A stretch of 64,000 bases of DNA. It comes from Microbacterium sp. Lineage in GTDB: Bacteria > Actinomycetota > Actinomycetes > Actinomycetales > Microbacteriaceae. The notes beneath the pieces were generated by a model. The model was not told where the DNA came from and made no database searches. It was given only the letters and a program-made list of their open reading frames with translations. Of this stretch, positions 47,226 to 57,142 are shown one piece after another. Position 1 is the stretch's first letter; every line of letters starts with the position of its first letter. The DNA lies in assembly GCF_039812165.1 (NCBI RefSeq), contig NZ_JBDIAB010000001.1:5193-69192 (forward strand), given 5' to 3'. The position numbers were made by a program, and so were the translations under genes.

Positions 47226-49916
47226 GTGCGCGATCTCAGGCCGGACCGCCGCGAGGTCGTCGAGAAGGCCATGGCCGACGCGCGCCACGGCTCGCCCCGC
47301 GTGCTGTGCATCGTCGGAGCGTCCGGCATCGGGAAGACCTCTCACCTCCGCGCGATCCTCGCCGAGGCGGCCGGCTTCAGCGTGCTCCGCGCCGCGGCCG
47401 TCGAGACCGCGTACCGGCCGCCGTACGGGCTGCTGGAGGAGCTCGGTGTGCGCCGCACGGTCACCGACAGCGGCCGGCCGCAGAGCCGTGCCGTCGTCGC
47501 CCAGGCGCTGCGGCGCCTGATCGACGACGAGAGCCGCGACGGCCCGGTCGTCATCGCCGTCGACGACGCGCAGTGGGCCGACGCCGAGTCGCTCGACGCC
47601 CTGCGGCTCGTGCTGGAGAGCCTCTCCGGCGACCGGCTCCTCGTCGTGGTGGCCACCCGCCCGCCGGCCCCGGGCGACCGGTCGCCGTGGCACCGGCTCA
47701 TGGCCGACCCCGAGGCGGTCTCGCTCATGGAGCTCGACGGCATCGACCTCGACGAGGCCGCAGCGATGGTGCACGGGCTGCACGACGACGGCGGGCGGGT
47801 CCGCGGGGAGCTCGTCGAGCGTCTCTGGCGCCACACCGACCGCAACCCCATGTACCTGCGTTCGCTGCTGTCGCAGTACCCCCTCGACGAGCTCGACGGG
47901 ATGTCGCCGCTGCCGGCTCCCGCCGAGGTCGCCCGTGATCTGAACGCCCGCCTGGTGTCGATGGATCCGGACGCCGCCGCCTTCCTGCGCGCCGTCGCCG
48001 TCATCGGCTCGTCATGGGTCGATCGTCTCGACGCCGCGGCCGTCGCAGAGGTCGACGACCCGGCATCCGCCGTCGAGCTCCTCCTCGACAGCGGGCTGCT
48101 GGTCGCGCGCGGCGCCGTCGCGCTCGCCGACGTCCGGATCGTGCACGCGCTCGTGCGGGCCGCGATCTACGACTCCACGCCGGCGACCGAGCGGCGGCGC
48201 CGGCACCGGCTCGCGTCGACGCTGCTGGGGTCTCCCATGCAGCGGCTGGAGCACGAGGTCGCGGCGGCCGAGAGGCGCGACGAAGAGCTGGCGGCCCGAC
48301 TGGAGGGAGTGGCCGCGAGCGCGTACGCGGAACGCGATCACCACCGCGAGGCGCAGCTGCTGCAGTGGGCGTCGCAGCTGTCTCCGGATGCCTCCGAACG
48401 CGAGCGGCGATGGCTGCAGTCGCAGATCGCGCGCGTGCACGCGCACGACACCCGGGCGGTGCGAGCGCATCTCAGCCAGATCGGCTGGTCGGGGGAGGCG
48501 CCGCTGCGCACCCTCGTGCTGGCGTGGCTGTTCATCGCCGAGAACCGCATCGCGGACGCGCGGCGCGCGCTCGACGCCCTGCCGCCGGACCTCATGGTCG
48601 GGGCCGACGTCCGGACCCGCACCGGACTGCTCGTGCTCAAGGCGTGGACGATGCTGATGTCGGGCTACCCCGCCGACGACGTCAGGGCGGTGCTGGCCAC
48701 GATCCCGGCCGACGTGGGAGCCGACCCGGTGCTGCGCGGGGTCTACCAGCGCACGGCCGGCCAGGTCGCCACCCGCGACTTCGACTTCGAGCACATCCGG
48801 AACGACTTCGACGCGGTGCCGGTCGACGCGCGGCGGACGCCGATGGAGGACACGGACCGGCTGAGCTGGCGCGGCGCCGTCTACGCGCTCTGCGGCTTCT
48901 CGGCGGAGGGGCGTCGGGATCTGTCGGAGGTGGTCTCGCGCATCCGCGGCGGTCGGATCGACGCGGCCGCGGGCGTGAACCACGCGCTCTACGCGTTCGC
49001 GCTCTGGCAGAACGGCGAGTTCGAACGGGCGCGCATCGAGCTGCAGCTCTCCGCCGAGCTCGCCATCGACCGGATGAGCCCGCTGGCCGAGGCCATCCTC
49101 CCGCTGGTGCCGACCGTCCGCGGGGACTTCGCCCGCGCCGACGAGCTCCTCGCCAGGTCGGAGTCGCTGCTGCTCGACCTGCCGTGGCACGAGGCGGTCT
49201 CGGTGCTCACCCAGGCCGAGATCGTGCGTCTGCACGTCGGCGACGACGAGGCGGCCCGTGCGTCGTACCTCGCGCGCCTGAGGGCGCGATTCGGCGACGG
49301 CGTGACCGCCGTCGACAACGGCGACGGGGCGCTCTGGCACCTCCACGTGATCCTCGCGCGGATCTGGGCGGGCGAGCTCGACGGGGTCGAGCAGCACCTC
49401 GTGGCCATCGACACCGACATGATCGTGCCCGAGTGGGCGCGCTGGGCGAGGCCGTGGGTGACGGGTCTCGCTCGCGAGCGCGCCGGCGACATCGACGGCG
49501 GCCGTCGCCTGCTGACGGATGCCGTCGCCGCCCTCGACACCGAGCTGCCGCTGTACCGGGCGCACCTCCACGCCGACCTCGCGCGGATGTCGCTGCAGGC
49601 CGGAGACGCCGAGACCGCCGGACGCGCCACCGCGCACGCCACGGAGCTGTACACGAGGCTCGGGGCCGTCCCCTATCTCGCCAGGCTCGCCACGGCCGAC
49701 GCGGTGGCCGCGCCCACCGATCCGCTGGCCGGACTCAGCGACCGCGAGCGCGAGGTCGCGACGCTGCTGCTGGCGGGCTTCAGCTACACGCAGATCGCCG
49801 AGGAGCTCTACGTGACGCGCAGCACGGTCTCGTTCCATCTCGGCAACATCTACGCGAAGACCGGCGTCGAATCCCGCCATCAGCTGACCCGCCTGGTGCG
49901 CGAGGCCGCACGTTGA
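47226..49916 (+). CDS. Large ATP-binding LuxR-family (LAL-type) regulator
   Basis: Walker A GASGIGKT, Walker B AVDDAQWAD, C-terminal LSDREREV...IAEELYVTRSTV..HL..IY.K HTH. Confidence 0.9.
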   Translation: MRDLRPDRREVVEKAMADARHGSPRVLCIVGASGIGKTSHLRAILAEAAGFSVLRAAAVETAYRPPYGLLEELGVRRTVTDSGRPQSRAVVAQALRRLIDDESRDGPVVIAVDDAQWADAESLDALRLVLESLSGDRLLVVVATRPPAPGDRSPWHRLMADPEAVSLMELDGIDLDEAAAMVHGLHDDGGRVRGELVERLWRHTDRNPMYLRSLLSQYPLDELDGMSPLPAPAEVARDLNARLVSMDPDAAAFLRAVAVIGSSWVDRLDAAAVAEVDDPASAVELLLDSGLLVARGAVALADVRIVHALVRAAIYDSTPATERRRRHRLASTLLGSPMQRLEHEVAAAERRDEELAARLEGVAASAYAERDHHREAQLLQWASQLSPDASERERRWLQSQIARVHAHDTRAVRAHLSQIGWSGEAPLRTLVLAWLFIAENRIADARRALDALPPDLMVGADVRTRTGLLVLKAWTMLMSGYPADDVRAVLATIPADVGADPVLRGVYQRTAGQVATRDFDFEHIRNDFDAVPVDARRTPMEDTDRLSWRGAVYALCGFSAEGRRDLSEVVSRIRGGRIDAAAGVNHALYAFALWQNGEFERARIELQLSAELAIDRMSPLAEAILPLVPTVRGDFARADELLARSESLLLDLPWHEAVSVLTQAEIVRLHVGDDEAARASYLARLRARFGDGVTAVDNGDGALWHLHVILARIWAGELDGVEQHLVAIDTDMIVPEWARWARPWVTGLARERAGDIDGGRRLLTDAVAALDTELPLYRAHLHADLARMSLQAGDAETAGRATAHATELYTRLGAVPYLARLATADAVAAPTDPLAGLSDREREVATLLLAGFSYTQIAEELYVTRSTVSFHLGNIYAKTGVESRHQLTRLVREAAR

Positions 49917-50039
49917 CCGGTGCCCGCCCGTGCGCCGGGGCAGGACTGTGCAGAACGGACAGTCGCCGCCCGGCCGGTCGGCCATAGCGTCGAGTCGACC
50001 GGAAAGCCCGGATCGTCACCAGCTCCGAGGAGTCCAGAC

Positions 50040-50633
50040 ATGACGCACCACTCCCGCCCCCGCCGCCTCGCCGCGTATGCGTTCGCCGCCGCCTTCGCGG
50101 TGCCGTTCGTCCTGACCGGCTGCGCCCAGACCCCGGCGCCGGAGCCCACCTCTCCGCCGGCGACGGAACCCGCCCCCGCCCCCGAGACGCCCGCCCCCAC
50201 GCCCACGCCGACCCCGGCCGCGTTCACGTGCGAGGAGCTCGTGCCGGTCTCGCTGCTGCAGAGCACGTTCGGCGGCACGTTCACGCCGCAGGAGCCGCCC
50301 GCGCCCGGCGCCGGCTCCGCCGTGGACATGCTGGTGGACGCCGGCGGCACCTCGTGCGCGTGGTCGGACGACTCCGGAAACGTCGTGCTGCTGGCCGCCG
50401 GCCAGGTGGGCACCCAGGTCGTGGACGACGCCGAGGCCATGGTCTCGCGTGCCGGCGTGGAGACCGACGTGTTCGGTGCCGACCTGACCGCGTACTCCTC
50501 GGGCCAGGGCGGCACGTTGATCGACGTCTTCAGCGACATCGGGGCGTGGGTCCACACCGAGTCGGTGCTGTTCACCTCGCCCGCGGTCGCGGGGCCGGTC
50601 GTGGCGAACGTGCTGCAGGAGCTGCCGTCATGA
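50040..50633 (+). CDS. Putative lipoprotein with a Pro/Thr linker
   Basis: Lipobox LTGC, PT-rich linker, two further Cys (TCEELV, SCAW); GAGGAG RBS. Confidence 0.8.
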   Translation: MTHHSRPRRLAAYAFAAAFAVPFVLTGCAQTPAPEPTSPPATEPAPAPETPAPTPTPTPAAFTCEELVPVSLLQSTFGGTFTPQEPPAPGAGSAVDMLVDAGGTSCAWSDDSGNVVLLAAGQVGTQVVDDAEAMVSRAGVETDVFGADLTAYSSGQGGTLIDVFSDIGAWVHTESVLFTSPAVAGPVVANVLQELPS

Positions 50634-51841
50634 GCCGCTCCGAGTCCGGCATCCGCCCGTTCTCGGCGGATCCCGACTTCGACTACGAGATCCGGTGCGC
50701 GCTCGGCAACGCCGCCGGGGGCGCCGGAGATCTCGGCGAGATCCTCGCCGCGGTCACCCACGTCCACAAGGGCGACCACGAGGGCTGGTACGCCGCCTGG
50801 CGAGACCTCGCCGATCGCACCCTCGCCGTGGCCGTCGCCTCGGCCGCCGGGGGCCACCGCGTGAGCGCCGCAGCGGCCTGCCTGCGCGCGAGCGCGTACT
50901 ACGCGGTGGCCGTCAACGCGGTCAGCGCGCTCCCCGAGACGGACCTCCTCGCCCCCACGTTCGCGAAGCAGGAGGAGGCGTGGCGCGGGTTCATCGCGCA
51001 CACGGCCGTGACGGTCGAGGAGCTCGCGATCCCGTACGAGGGCGGGGAGATGCCGGGGTGGTTCTTCCGCGCACCCTCGCCCAGTGGCGCGGCGCTCGTC
51101 GTCGTCAACGGCAGCGACGGCTCACGCGCATCGCTGTGGGCGTCGTGCGTGTCGGCGGCGTTGGAGCGCGGCTACGACGTGCTCGTCTTCGACGGCCCCG
51201 GACAGCAGTCCGAGCTGTTCGAGCGCGGCGTGCCGTTCCGGCCCGACTGGGAGAACGTGCTCACCCCCGTCTTCGACGCGGTCGCGGCGATGGAGGGAGT
51301 GGATGCCGCACGCATCGCCGTCCTCGGCATCAGTCAGGGCAGCTACTGGATGGAGCGCGCCCTCGCCTTCGACCATCGCTTCGCCGCCGCGGTGGCCGAT
51401 CCGGGCCTCGTCGACGTGTCGACGTCGTGGACGGCCCATCTGCCGGGGAGCCTGCTGCGGCTCCTCGAGGCGGGCAGGACCGAGAAGTTCGACCGCGAGA
51501 TGGCGCTCGGGATGAAGTTCTCGCCGGCCACGGCCCGGACCTGGCGCTTCCGGGCGCGTCCCTACGGCACGAGCGGCTACGCCGAGACGATCGAGGCGGT
51601 GCGCCGGTACACCGTCGCCGACGTCGCCGGGCGGATCACGACGCCGTTGCTCATCCTCTCTCCCGAGGCCGAGCAGTTCTGGCCCGGGCAGTCGGAGCAG
51701 CTCGCCGATCTCACATCCGGCGTCTCGACGGTGGTGCGGTTCACCGCCGCCGAGGGCGCCGGCGAGCACTGCCAGCCCTTGGCCCGCGAGCTCACCGCGC
51801 AACGCGTGTTCGACTGGCTCGACGACGCGCTCGCGCCCTGA
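50630..51841 (+). CDS. Alpha/beta-fold hydrolase (S9 / DHPON hydrolase-like)
   Basis: IPYEG, NGSDG, FDGPGQ, nucleophile elbow GISQG, EGAGEHCQ. Confidence 0.85.
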   Translation: MSRSESGIRPFSADPDFDYEIRCALGNAAGGAGDLGEILAAVTHVHKGDHEGWYAAWRDLADRTLAVAVASAAGGHRVSAAAACLRASAYYAVAVNAVSALPETDLLAPTFAKQEEAWRGFIAHTAVTVEELAIPYEGGEMPGWFFRAPSPSGAALVVVNGSDGSRASLWASCVSAALERGYDVLVFDGPGQQSELFERGVPFRPDWENVLTPVFDAVAAMEGVDAARIAVLGISQGSYWMERALAFDHRFAAAVADPGLVDVSTSWTAHLPGSLLRLLEAGRTEKFDREMALGMKFSPATARTWRFRARPYGTSGYAETIEAVRRYTVADVAGRITTPLLILSPEAEQFWPGQSEQLADLTSGVSTVVRFTAAEGAGEHCQPLARELTAQRVFDWLDDALAP

Positions 51842-51919
51842 TCGTCTCGTGCGCCGCCGGACTCGGCGGACGGGAGCGGGGATGCCGCGTCCGTCCGCCC
51901 CGGCAGCGGGCGCGGGCCG

Positions 51920-53686
51920 TCAGGAGATGGTCATCAGGCGGTGACCGGCCGAGACCGTGGTCCCGGGGTCGGCGTCGATCGCGCTGACGACGCCGTCCTT
52001 GTGGGCCTGGATCGGCTGCTCCATCTTCATCGCCTCGAGCACCACCACGAGGTCGCCCTTGACGACCTGCTGGCCCTCGGCCACCGCGACCTTCACCACG
52101 GTCGCCTGCATCGGCGACTTCACCGCGTCGCCGGACGCGCCGGCCATCGCGGTCGAGGCGTGCGTGCGACGCGACGGCGGCACCGCCGCGGGGCGGCCCG
52201 TCTTCGCGGGGGCCTGTGCGATGCGGTCGGGGAGGCTCACCTCGATGCGCTTGCCCGAGACCTCGACCACCACGGTGTGGCGCGCCTGCGGCGCCTCGGG
52301 CGACTCGAGCTCGCCGTCCCACGGCGGGATGCCGCCTGCGAACTCGGTCTCGATCCACCGCGTGTAGATGCCGAAGCGGCCGTCCTCCGCCGTGAACGCG
52401 GGGTCGCGCACCACCTTGCGGTGGAAGGGCAGCACGGTCGGCATGCCGGAGACCTCGAACTCGTCGAGCGCGCGGCGAGAGCGCTCCAGCGCCTCGGCGC
52501 GGTCGCGCCCGGTGACGATGATCTTCCCGAGCATCGAGTCGAAGGCGCCCGAGACCGAGTCGCCGGCGGTGACGCCGGAGTCGAGCCGGATGCCGGGGCC
52601 GCCGAACGTCTTGAACACGTGGATGCGCCCGGGCTGGGGGAGGAAGCCGCGTCCCGGGTCCTCGCCGTTGATGCGGAACTCGATCGAGTGGCCGACCGGC
52701 TCGGGGTCGTCATAGTCGAGCAGGCCGCCCTCGGCGAGGCGGAACTGCTCGCGCACGAGGTCGATGCCGGTGACCTCCTCGGACACCGGGTGCTCGACCT
52801 GCAGTCGTGTGTTGACCTCGAGGAACGAGATGGTGCCGTCGGCGCCGATCAGGAACTCGCACGTGCCCGCGCCGACGTAGCCGACCTCCTTGAGGATCGC
52901 CTTCGACGCCTCGTAGAGGATCGCGTTCTGCGCGTCGGAGAGGAACGGCGCGGGCGCCTCCTCGACGAGCTTCTGGTGGCGGCGCTGCAGCGAGCAGTCG
53001 CGCGTGGAGACGACGACCACGTTGCCCGCGGCATCCGCGAGGCACTGCGTCTCGACGTGGCGCGGCTTGTCGAGGTACTTCTCGACGAAGCACTCGCCGC
53101 GGCCGAACGCCGTGATGGCCTCGCGCGTGGCGGACTCGAACAGCTCGGGCACCTCGTCGAGCGTGCGCGCGACCTTCAGACCGCGCCCGCCGCCGCCGTA
53201 GGCGGCCTTGATCGCGATGGGCAGGCCGAACTCCTCGGCGAACGCGACGACCTCGTCGGCGCCGGAGACCGGGCCGGGCGAGCCGGGGGCCAGCGGCGCG
53301 CCGACCTTCTCGGCCACGTGGCGCGCGGTGACCTTGTCGCCGAGCGCCTCGATGGCCTCGGGCGGCGGGCCGATCCAGACCAGGCCCGCGTCGATGACGG
53401 CGCGCGCGAACGTCGCGTTCTCGGCGAGGAAGCCGTAGCCGGGGTGCACGGCATCCGCCCCCGAACGTCGCGCGACGGAGAGGATCTTCTCGATGGACAG
53501 ATACGTGTCGGCGCTCGTGACGCCGTCGAGGGAGTAGGCCTCGTCGGCGAGCCGGGAGTGCATCGCGTCGCGATCCTGGTCGGCGTAGACGGCGACCGAG
53601 CCCTTCCCGGAGTCTCGGGCGGCACGGATGATGCGTACGGCGATCTCGCCGCGGTTGGCGACCAGCACCTTGGCGATATCAGGCAT
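51920..53686 (-). CDS. bccA: Acyl-CoA carboxylase alpha subunit (biotin carboxylase + BCCP)
   Basis: [40 protein letters not shown] biotin site. Confidence 0.95.
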   Translation of the reverse strand: MPDIAKVLVANRGEIAVRIIRAARDSGKGSVAVYADQDRDAMHSRLADEAYSLDGVTSADTYLSIEKILSVARRSGADAVHPGYGFLAENATFARAVIDAGLVWIGPPPEAIEALGDKVTARHVAEKVGAPLAPGSPGPVSGADEVVAFAEEFGLPIAIKAAYGGGGRGLKVARTLDEVPELFESATREAITAFGRGECFVEKYLDKPRHVETQCLADAAGNVVVVSTRDCSLQRRHQKLVEEAPAPFLSDAQNAILYEASKAILKEVGYVGAGTCEFLIGADGTISFLEVNTRLQVEHPVSEEVTGIDLVREQFRLAEGGLLDYDDPEPVGHSIEFRINGEDPGRGFLPQPGRIHVFKTFGGPGIRLDSGVTAGDSVSGAFDSMLGKIIVTGRDRAEALERSRRALDEFEVSGMPTVLPFHRKVVRDPAFTAEDGRFGIYTRWIETEFAGGIPPWDGELESPEAPQARHTVVVEVSGKRIEVSLPDRIAQAPAKTGRPAAVPPSRRTHASTAMAGASGDAVKSPMQATVVKVAVAEGQQVVKGDLVVVLEAMKMEQPIQAHKDGVVSAIDADPGTTVSAGHRLMTIS

Positions 53687-53763
53687 GGATGCCAGCCTAG
53701 CGAGCACCCGGCGGACAGCTTTGGATCACTCGCACAAGATCGCGGGAATTCGTGTGGGGGAGT

Positions 53764-54417
53764 CTACGAGAGCTCGCGGTTCCACAGCCCGGTCCACACG
53801 ACGCCGAGCTGCGCGGCCAGTCGCCGCACCGTCGACAGCGACATGCCGACGACGGTCGAGGGATCGCCGTCGACCCGGTCGATGAAGGGCCCGCCGAGGC
53901 TGTCGATCGTGAAGGCGCCGGCGACCAGCAGCGGCTCGCCGGAGGCGACGTAGGCGTCGATCTCGGCGTCGGAGACGTCGGCGGCGAACGAGACCGACGC
54001 GTCGGCGACGGCGTGGACCTCGCGGTCGCCGACGCCCGGCGCGACGCGGATCACGCTGTGCCCGGAGTGCAGGATGCCGGTGCGCCCCCGCATCGCGTGC
54101 CAGCGCGCCGTCGCGACCTCGGGCAGGTGCGGCTTTCCGAGCACCTCGCCGTGGATCTCGAACATCGAGTCGCCGCCGATGACGATGCCGTCGAAGTGCG
54201 GGTCGTCGGCCCGGAGCGCCGCGGCGACGTCGGCGGCCTTGCGTCGCGCGAGCAGCAGCACGTGCTCGTCGGGGGCGAGGACGCGCCCCTCGCGGGCCTC
54301 GACGTCGGCGACGACGGCATCCTCGTCGACCCTCGGCGCGCGCACGAGCGGCTCGATGCCCGCCTGCCGCAGCAGCATGAGGCGAGCCGGTGACGTCGAG
54401 GCGAGGCACACGCGCAT
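53764..54417 (-). CDS. maf: Maf-family nucleoside triphosphate pyrophosphatase
   Basis: LASTSPAR, KA, GGDS, LGKP, AGAFTI, VVGMS. Confidence 0.92.
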   Translation of the reverse strand: MRVCLASTSPARLMLLRQAGIEPLVRAPRVDEDAVVADVEAREGRVLAPDEHVLLLARRKAADVAAALRADDPHFDGIVIGGDSMFEIHGEVLGKPHLPEVATARWHAMRGRTGILHSGHSVIRVAPGVGDREVHAVADASVSFAADVSDAEIDAYVASGEPLLVAGAFTIDSLGGPFIDRVDGDPSTVVGMSLSTVRRLAAQLGVVWTGLWNRELS

Positions 54418-54480
54418 GCGTCCCACGCTAGCCGCTGCGTCGCGGCCCGCGCCGGCGCGGCGCGTGCGGCGTCGGGTGTG

Positions 54481-54546
54481 CGGTGTCGGGCGGTGCGGTG
54501 TCGGGTGGTGCGGTGTCGGGCGGTGCGGTGTCGGGTGGTGCGGTGT
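54481..54546. repeat. Tandem repeat (VNTR), 15-bp unit CGGTGTCGGGYGGTG, 4.4 copies
   Basis: Units start at 54481, 54496, 54511 and 54526; Y alternates C/T, giving a 30-bp higher-order unit repeated twice. Confidence 0.9.
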
Positions 54547-54633
54547 TGAGCTGTGGTCTCTCTGTAGCGCCCTGGTTGTCCTCTCGATCTCGCTCGAGCG
54601 CCGCAGCCCCTCGTTCCGTCTGGCCAGGTCCGA

Positions 54634-54945
54634 TTGGCGACACCTTCCTGCGATGGCGCCTCCTCTCTGCTCTCCGGCGCGGGTCGGCTACATCTTCCTG
54701 CGATGGCGCTTCATATATGTGGCGCCATCTCAGGGAACTGGCGCCGAACCGGACGGTGTCGCCGATCCGGCGTGGCGCGGCGGCAGGAAGGTGTCGCCAA
54801 TCGGGCAGGGCGCGGCGCAAGAGCAGGAAGGTGTCGCCAACCGGATCCTGTCGCCGGGCAGGGCGCGGGGCCGGAGCAGGATGGTGTCGCCAACCGGATC
54901 CTGTCGCCGATCCGGCCTGGCGCGGCGGCAGGAAGGTGTCGCCAA
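54634..54945. repeat. Mosaic BIME/REP-like repeat array with core GCAGGAAGGTGTCGCCAA
   Basis: Direct copies at 54783, 54823, 54876 (one mismatch) and 54928; inverted copies at 54634 (exact) and 54684 (degenerate); 44-bp near-identical block 54757-54800 vs 54902-54945. Confidence 0.9.
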
Positions 54946-54980
54946 CGGGGCGGGGGACGGGGTGTGGAAGGCTCGTGGGC

Positions 54981-56288
54981 ATGGATGCCGGCGACCTCAT
55001 CGACCTCGACATCACCGACGTCGCCCACGGCGGCGTGTTCGTGGGCCGCCACGAGGGCCGCGTGGTGTTCGTCCCCGACGCGATCCCGGGCGAGCGCGTG
55101 CGCGTGCGGCTCGACGAACCCGGGGCGGGCGCCGCAGACACACGGAGGTTCCGGCGCGGCGAGGTCGTCGACGTCGTGGACGCCTCGCCCCACCGGCGAC
55201 GTCATGTGTGGCGGCAGGCCGACGTCGACGTGCCCCCGGAGCTGCGACCCGGCGGCGCCGACTTCGGCCACATCGCGCTCGAGCATCAGCGCGGGCTCAA
55301 GGAGCGGGTCGTGCACGACGCGCTGCGCCGCATCGGCCGGCTCGACGTGCCGGTCACGATCGAGGCGGCGCACGCCGGCCGCGACACCGTCGGCGAGACG
55401 ACGGAGGGGACGGCCTGGCGCACGCGCGTCGGGCTCCACGTCGACGCGGACGGCCGCATCGGGCCGTTCGCGGCGCGCAGCCATCGTGTGATCGAGGTCG
55501 ACGAGTTGCCGCTGGCCACCGCCGGCGTGGAGCGCGCCGCCCTCCTGCCGCGCACGGCGCCGCCCGGCCGCATCGAGCTCGTCCAGCCCGCGGACGGACG
55601 GGTGCGCGTCGTCGTCCGCCCGGACTCCCCGCGCGGGTCGCGCCGCGGCCCGGCGGATCCTGCGGCGCGAGAGGTCGTCGTCGAGCGCGCCGGCGGACGC
55701 GCGTTCCGCGTCGACGCGGGCGGGTTCTGGCAGGTGCACCGGCTTGCCGCCGAGACGTTGACGGATGCCGTGGGCGACGCCCTCCGCGACGCCGGCGTCG
55801 ACCCGGAGGCCTGGCACCTCGACCTCTACGGCGGCGTGGGACTGCTCGCCGCCGCCGTGGGCGCGGCCGGCGGCCCTGCGACGCGCGTGACGAGCGTCGA
55901 GTCCGATCCGCGCGCCACCGAGCACGCCGGCGAGAACCTCGCCGAGTGGGTCGGCGCGCGCGCCGGCGCCGGCCGCGTCGACCGCTGGCTCGCGGGCGTC
56001 GAGCAGACGGCGTCCGTCGCTCAGCGCGAACGGCTGCGCCGCGGCGTCGTCGTGCTCGACCCGCCCCGCGCCGGCGCCGGACGCGAGGTCGTGCAGAGCC
56101 TCGCCCGGCTGGAGCCGCGGACGATCGTCTACGTGGCGTGCGATCCCGTGGCCCTCGCGCGGGATCTCGCGACCTTCCGCGACCTCGGGTACGAGACGCA
56201 CGGCGTGCGCGCGATCGACCTGTTCCCGAACTCCCACCACGTCGAGACGATCGCGGCGCTGACGCGAGCCGACGCTCCGCGCGGCTAG
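54981..56288 (+). CDS. TrmA/RlmD-family RNA (uracil-5)-methyltransferase with TRAM domain
   Basis: VAHGG..VGR..GRVVFV..AIPGE, FWQVH, DLYGGVGL, LDPPRAG, YVACDP, DLFPNSHHVE. Confidence 0.9.
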   Translation: MDAGDLIDLDITDVAHGGVFVGRHEGRVVFVPDAIPGERVRVRLDEPGAGAADTRRFRRGEVVDVVDASPHRRRHVWRQADVDVPPELRPGGADFGHIALEHQRGLKERVVHDALRRIGRLDVPVTIEAAHAGRDTVGETTEGTAWRTRVGLHVDADGRIGPFAARSHRVIEVDELPLATAGVERAALLPRTAPPGRIELVQPADGRVRVVVRPDSPRGSRRGPADPAAREVVVERAGGRAFRVDAGGFWQVHRLAAETLTDAVGDALRDAGVDPEAWHLDLYGGVGLLAAAVGAAGGPATRVTSVESDPRATEHAGENLAEWVGARAGAGRVDRWLAGVEQTASVAQRERLRRGVVVLDPPRAGAGREVVQSLARLEPRTIVYVACDPVALARDLATFRDLGYETHGVRAIDLFPNSHHVETIAALTRADAPRG

Positions 56289-56485
56289 CGCGAGGGCGAC
56301 CCCGCCACCGGGGTTGGACGGCCGCTCGCACCCGCGCGGAAACCTCTCGCCGAGTGCGCGCCGTCGCCCGAGGTCGCCGCGGCCGCGCGCGCACGGACGG
56401 AAGCCTCCGGGAGCGCTCCGGAGCGCATGCCCGACTCCGGTCGCCGCTCCCCGTTCCCGCACGGCACCGGCACTAAGCTGATCGC

Positions 56486-57142
56486 ATGACGCGGGTGGCT
56501 CTCATCGACGACCATGAGTCGGTACGACTGGGGCTCGAGGCCGCGTGCGCACGGACGACCACGAAACAGGTGGTGTTCTCGGGCAGCAGCGTCGTCGAGT
56601 ACCTCAACTGGCGTGCGTTCTCGGCCGCCCCGCCCGCCGACGTCGTCGTCCTCGACCTGACGCTCGGCGACGGCACCACCGTCACCGAGAACGTCTCGCG
56701 CCTCGTGCGCGACGGGTCGCCGGTCATCATCCACAGCGTCGCCGACCGGCCCGCGGCCGTGCGCGAGGCGCTCGTCGCCGGGGCCGCCGGAGTGGTGAGC
56801 AAGTCGTCGCGCATCGACGACGTCATCGAGGCCATCAGCACCGTCGCGCGCGGCGACTCGCTCGACAACGTCGAGTGGGCGAGCGCCATCGAGGGCGACC
56901 GCGCCTTCGCGAGCGCCCAGCTGTCGGCCCGCGAGCGCGACGTGCTGCGCCTGTATGCGGCGGGCCTCCCGCTGAAGGTCGTCGCCGACCGGCTCGGCAT
57001 CGCCTACTCCACCGCGAAGGAGAACATCACGCGCGTGCGCGTCAAGTACGTGGAGGTCGGCCGCCCCGCCCCCACCAAGGTGGACCTGCTCCGCCGCGCC
57101 ATGGAGGACGGCCTCGTCGCCGAGGGCTCCGGTGATCGCTGA
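56486..57142 (+). CDS. NarL/LuxR-type response regulator
   Basis: LIDDH, VVVLDL phosphoacceptor, VSK, LSARERDVL HTH. Confidence 0.92.
   Translation: MTRVALIDDHESVRLGLEAACARTTTKQVVFSGSSVVEYLNWRAFSAAPPADVVVLDLTLGDGTTVTENVSRLVRDGSPVIIHSVADRPAAVREALVAGAAGVVSKSSRIDDVIEAISTVARGDSLDNVEWASAIEGDRAFASAQLSARERDVLRLYAAGLPLKVVADRLGIAYSTAKENITRVRVKYVEVGRPAPTKVDLLRRAMEDGLVAEGSGDR

Noticed and set aside
54783-54945. CRISPR array
   Set aside because: Repeats are only 18 bp, spacers are uneven (22/35/34) and similar to each other, inverted copies occur, and there are no cas genes in the window.
54428-55141. ORFs with peptide repeats (DTAPP, GGAVS, WRH) crossing the maf-TrmA gap
   Set aside because: They are translations of the non-coding DNA repeats; the methyltransferase TRAM domain starts at 54981.
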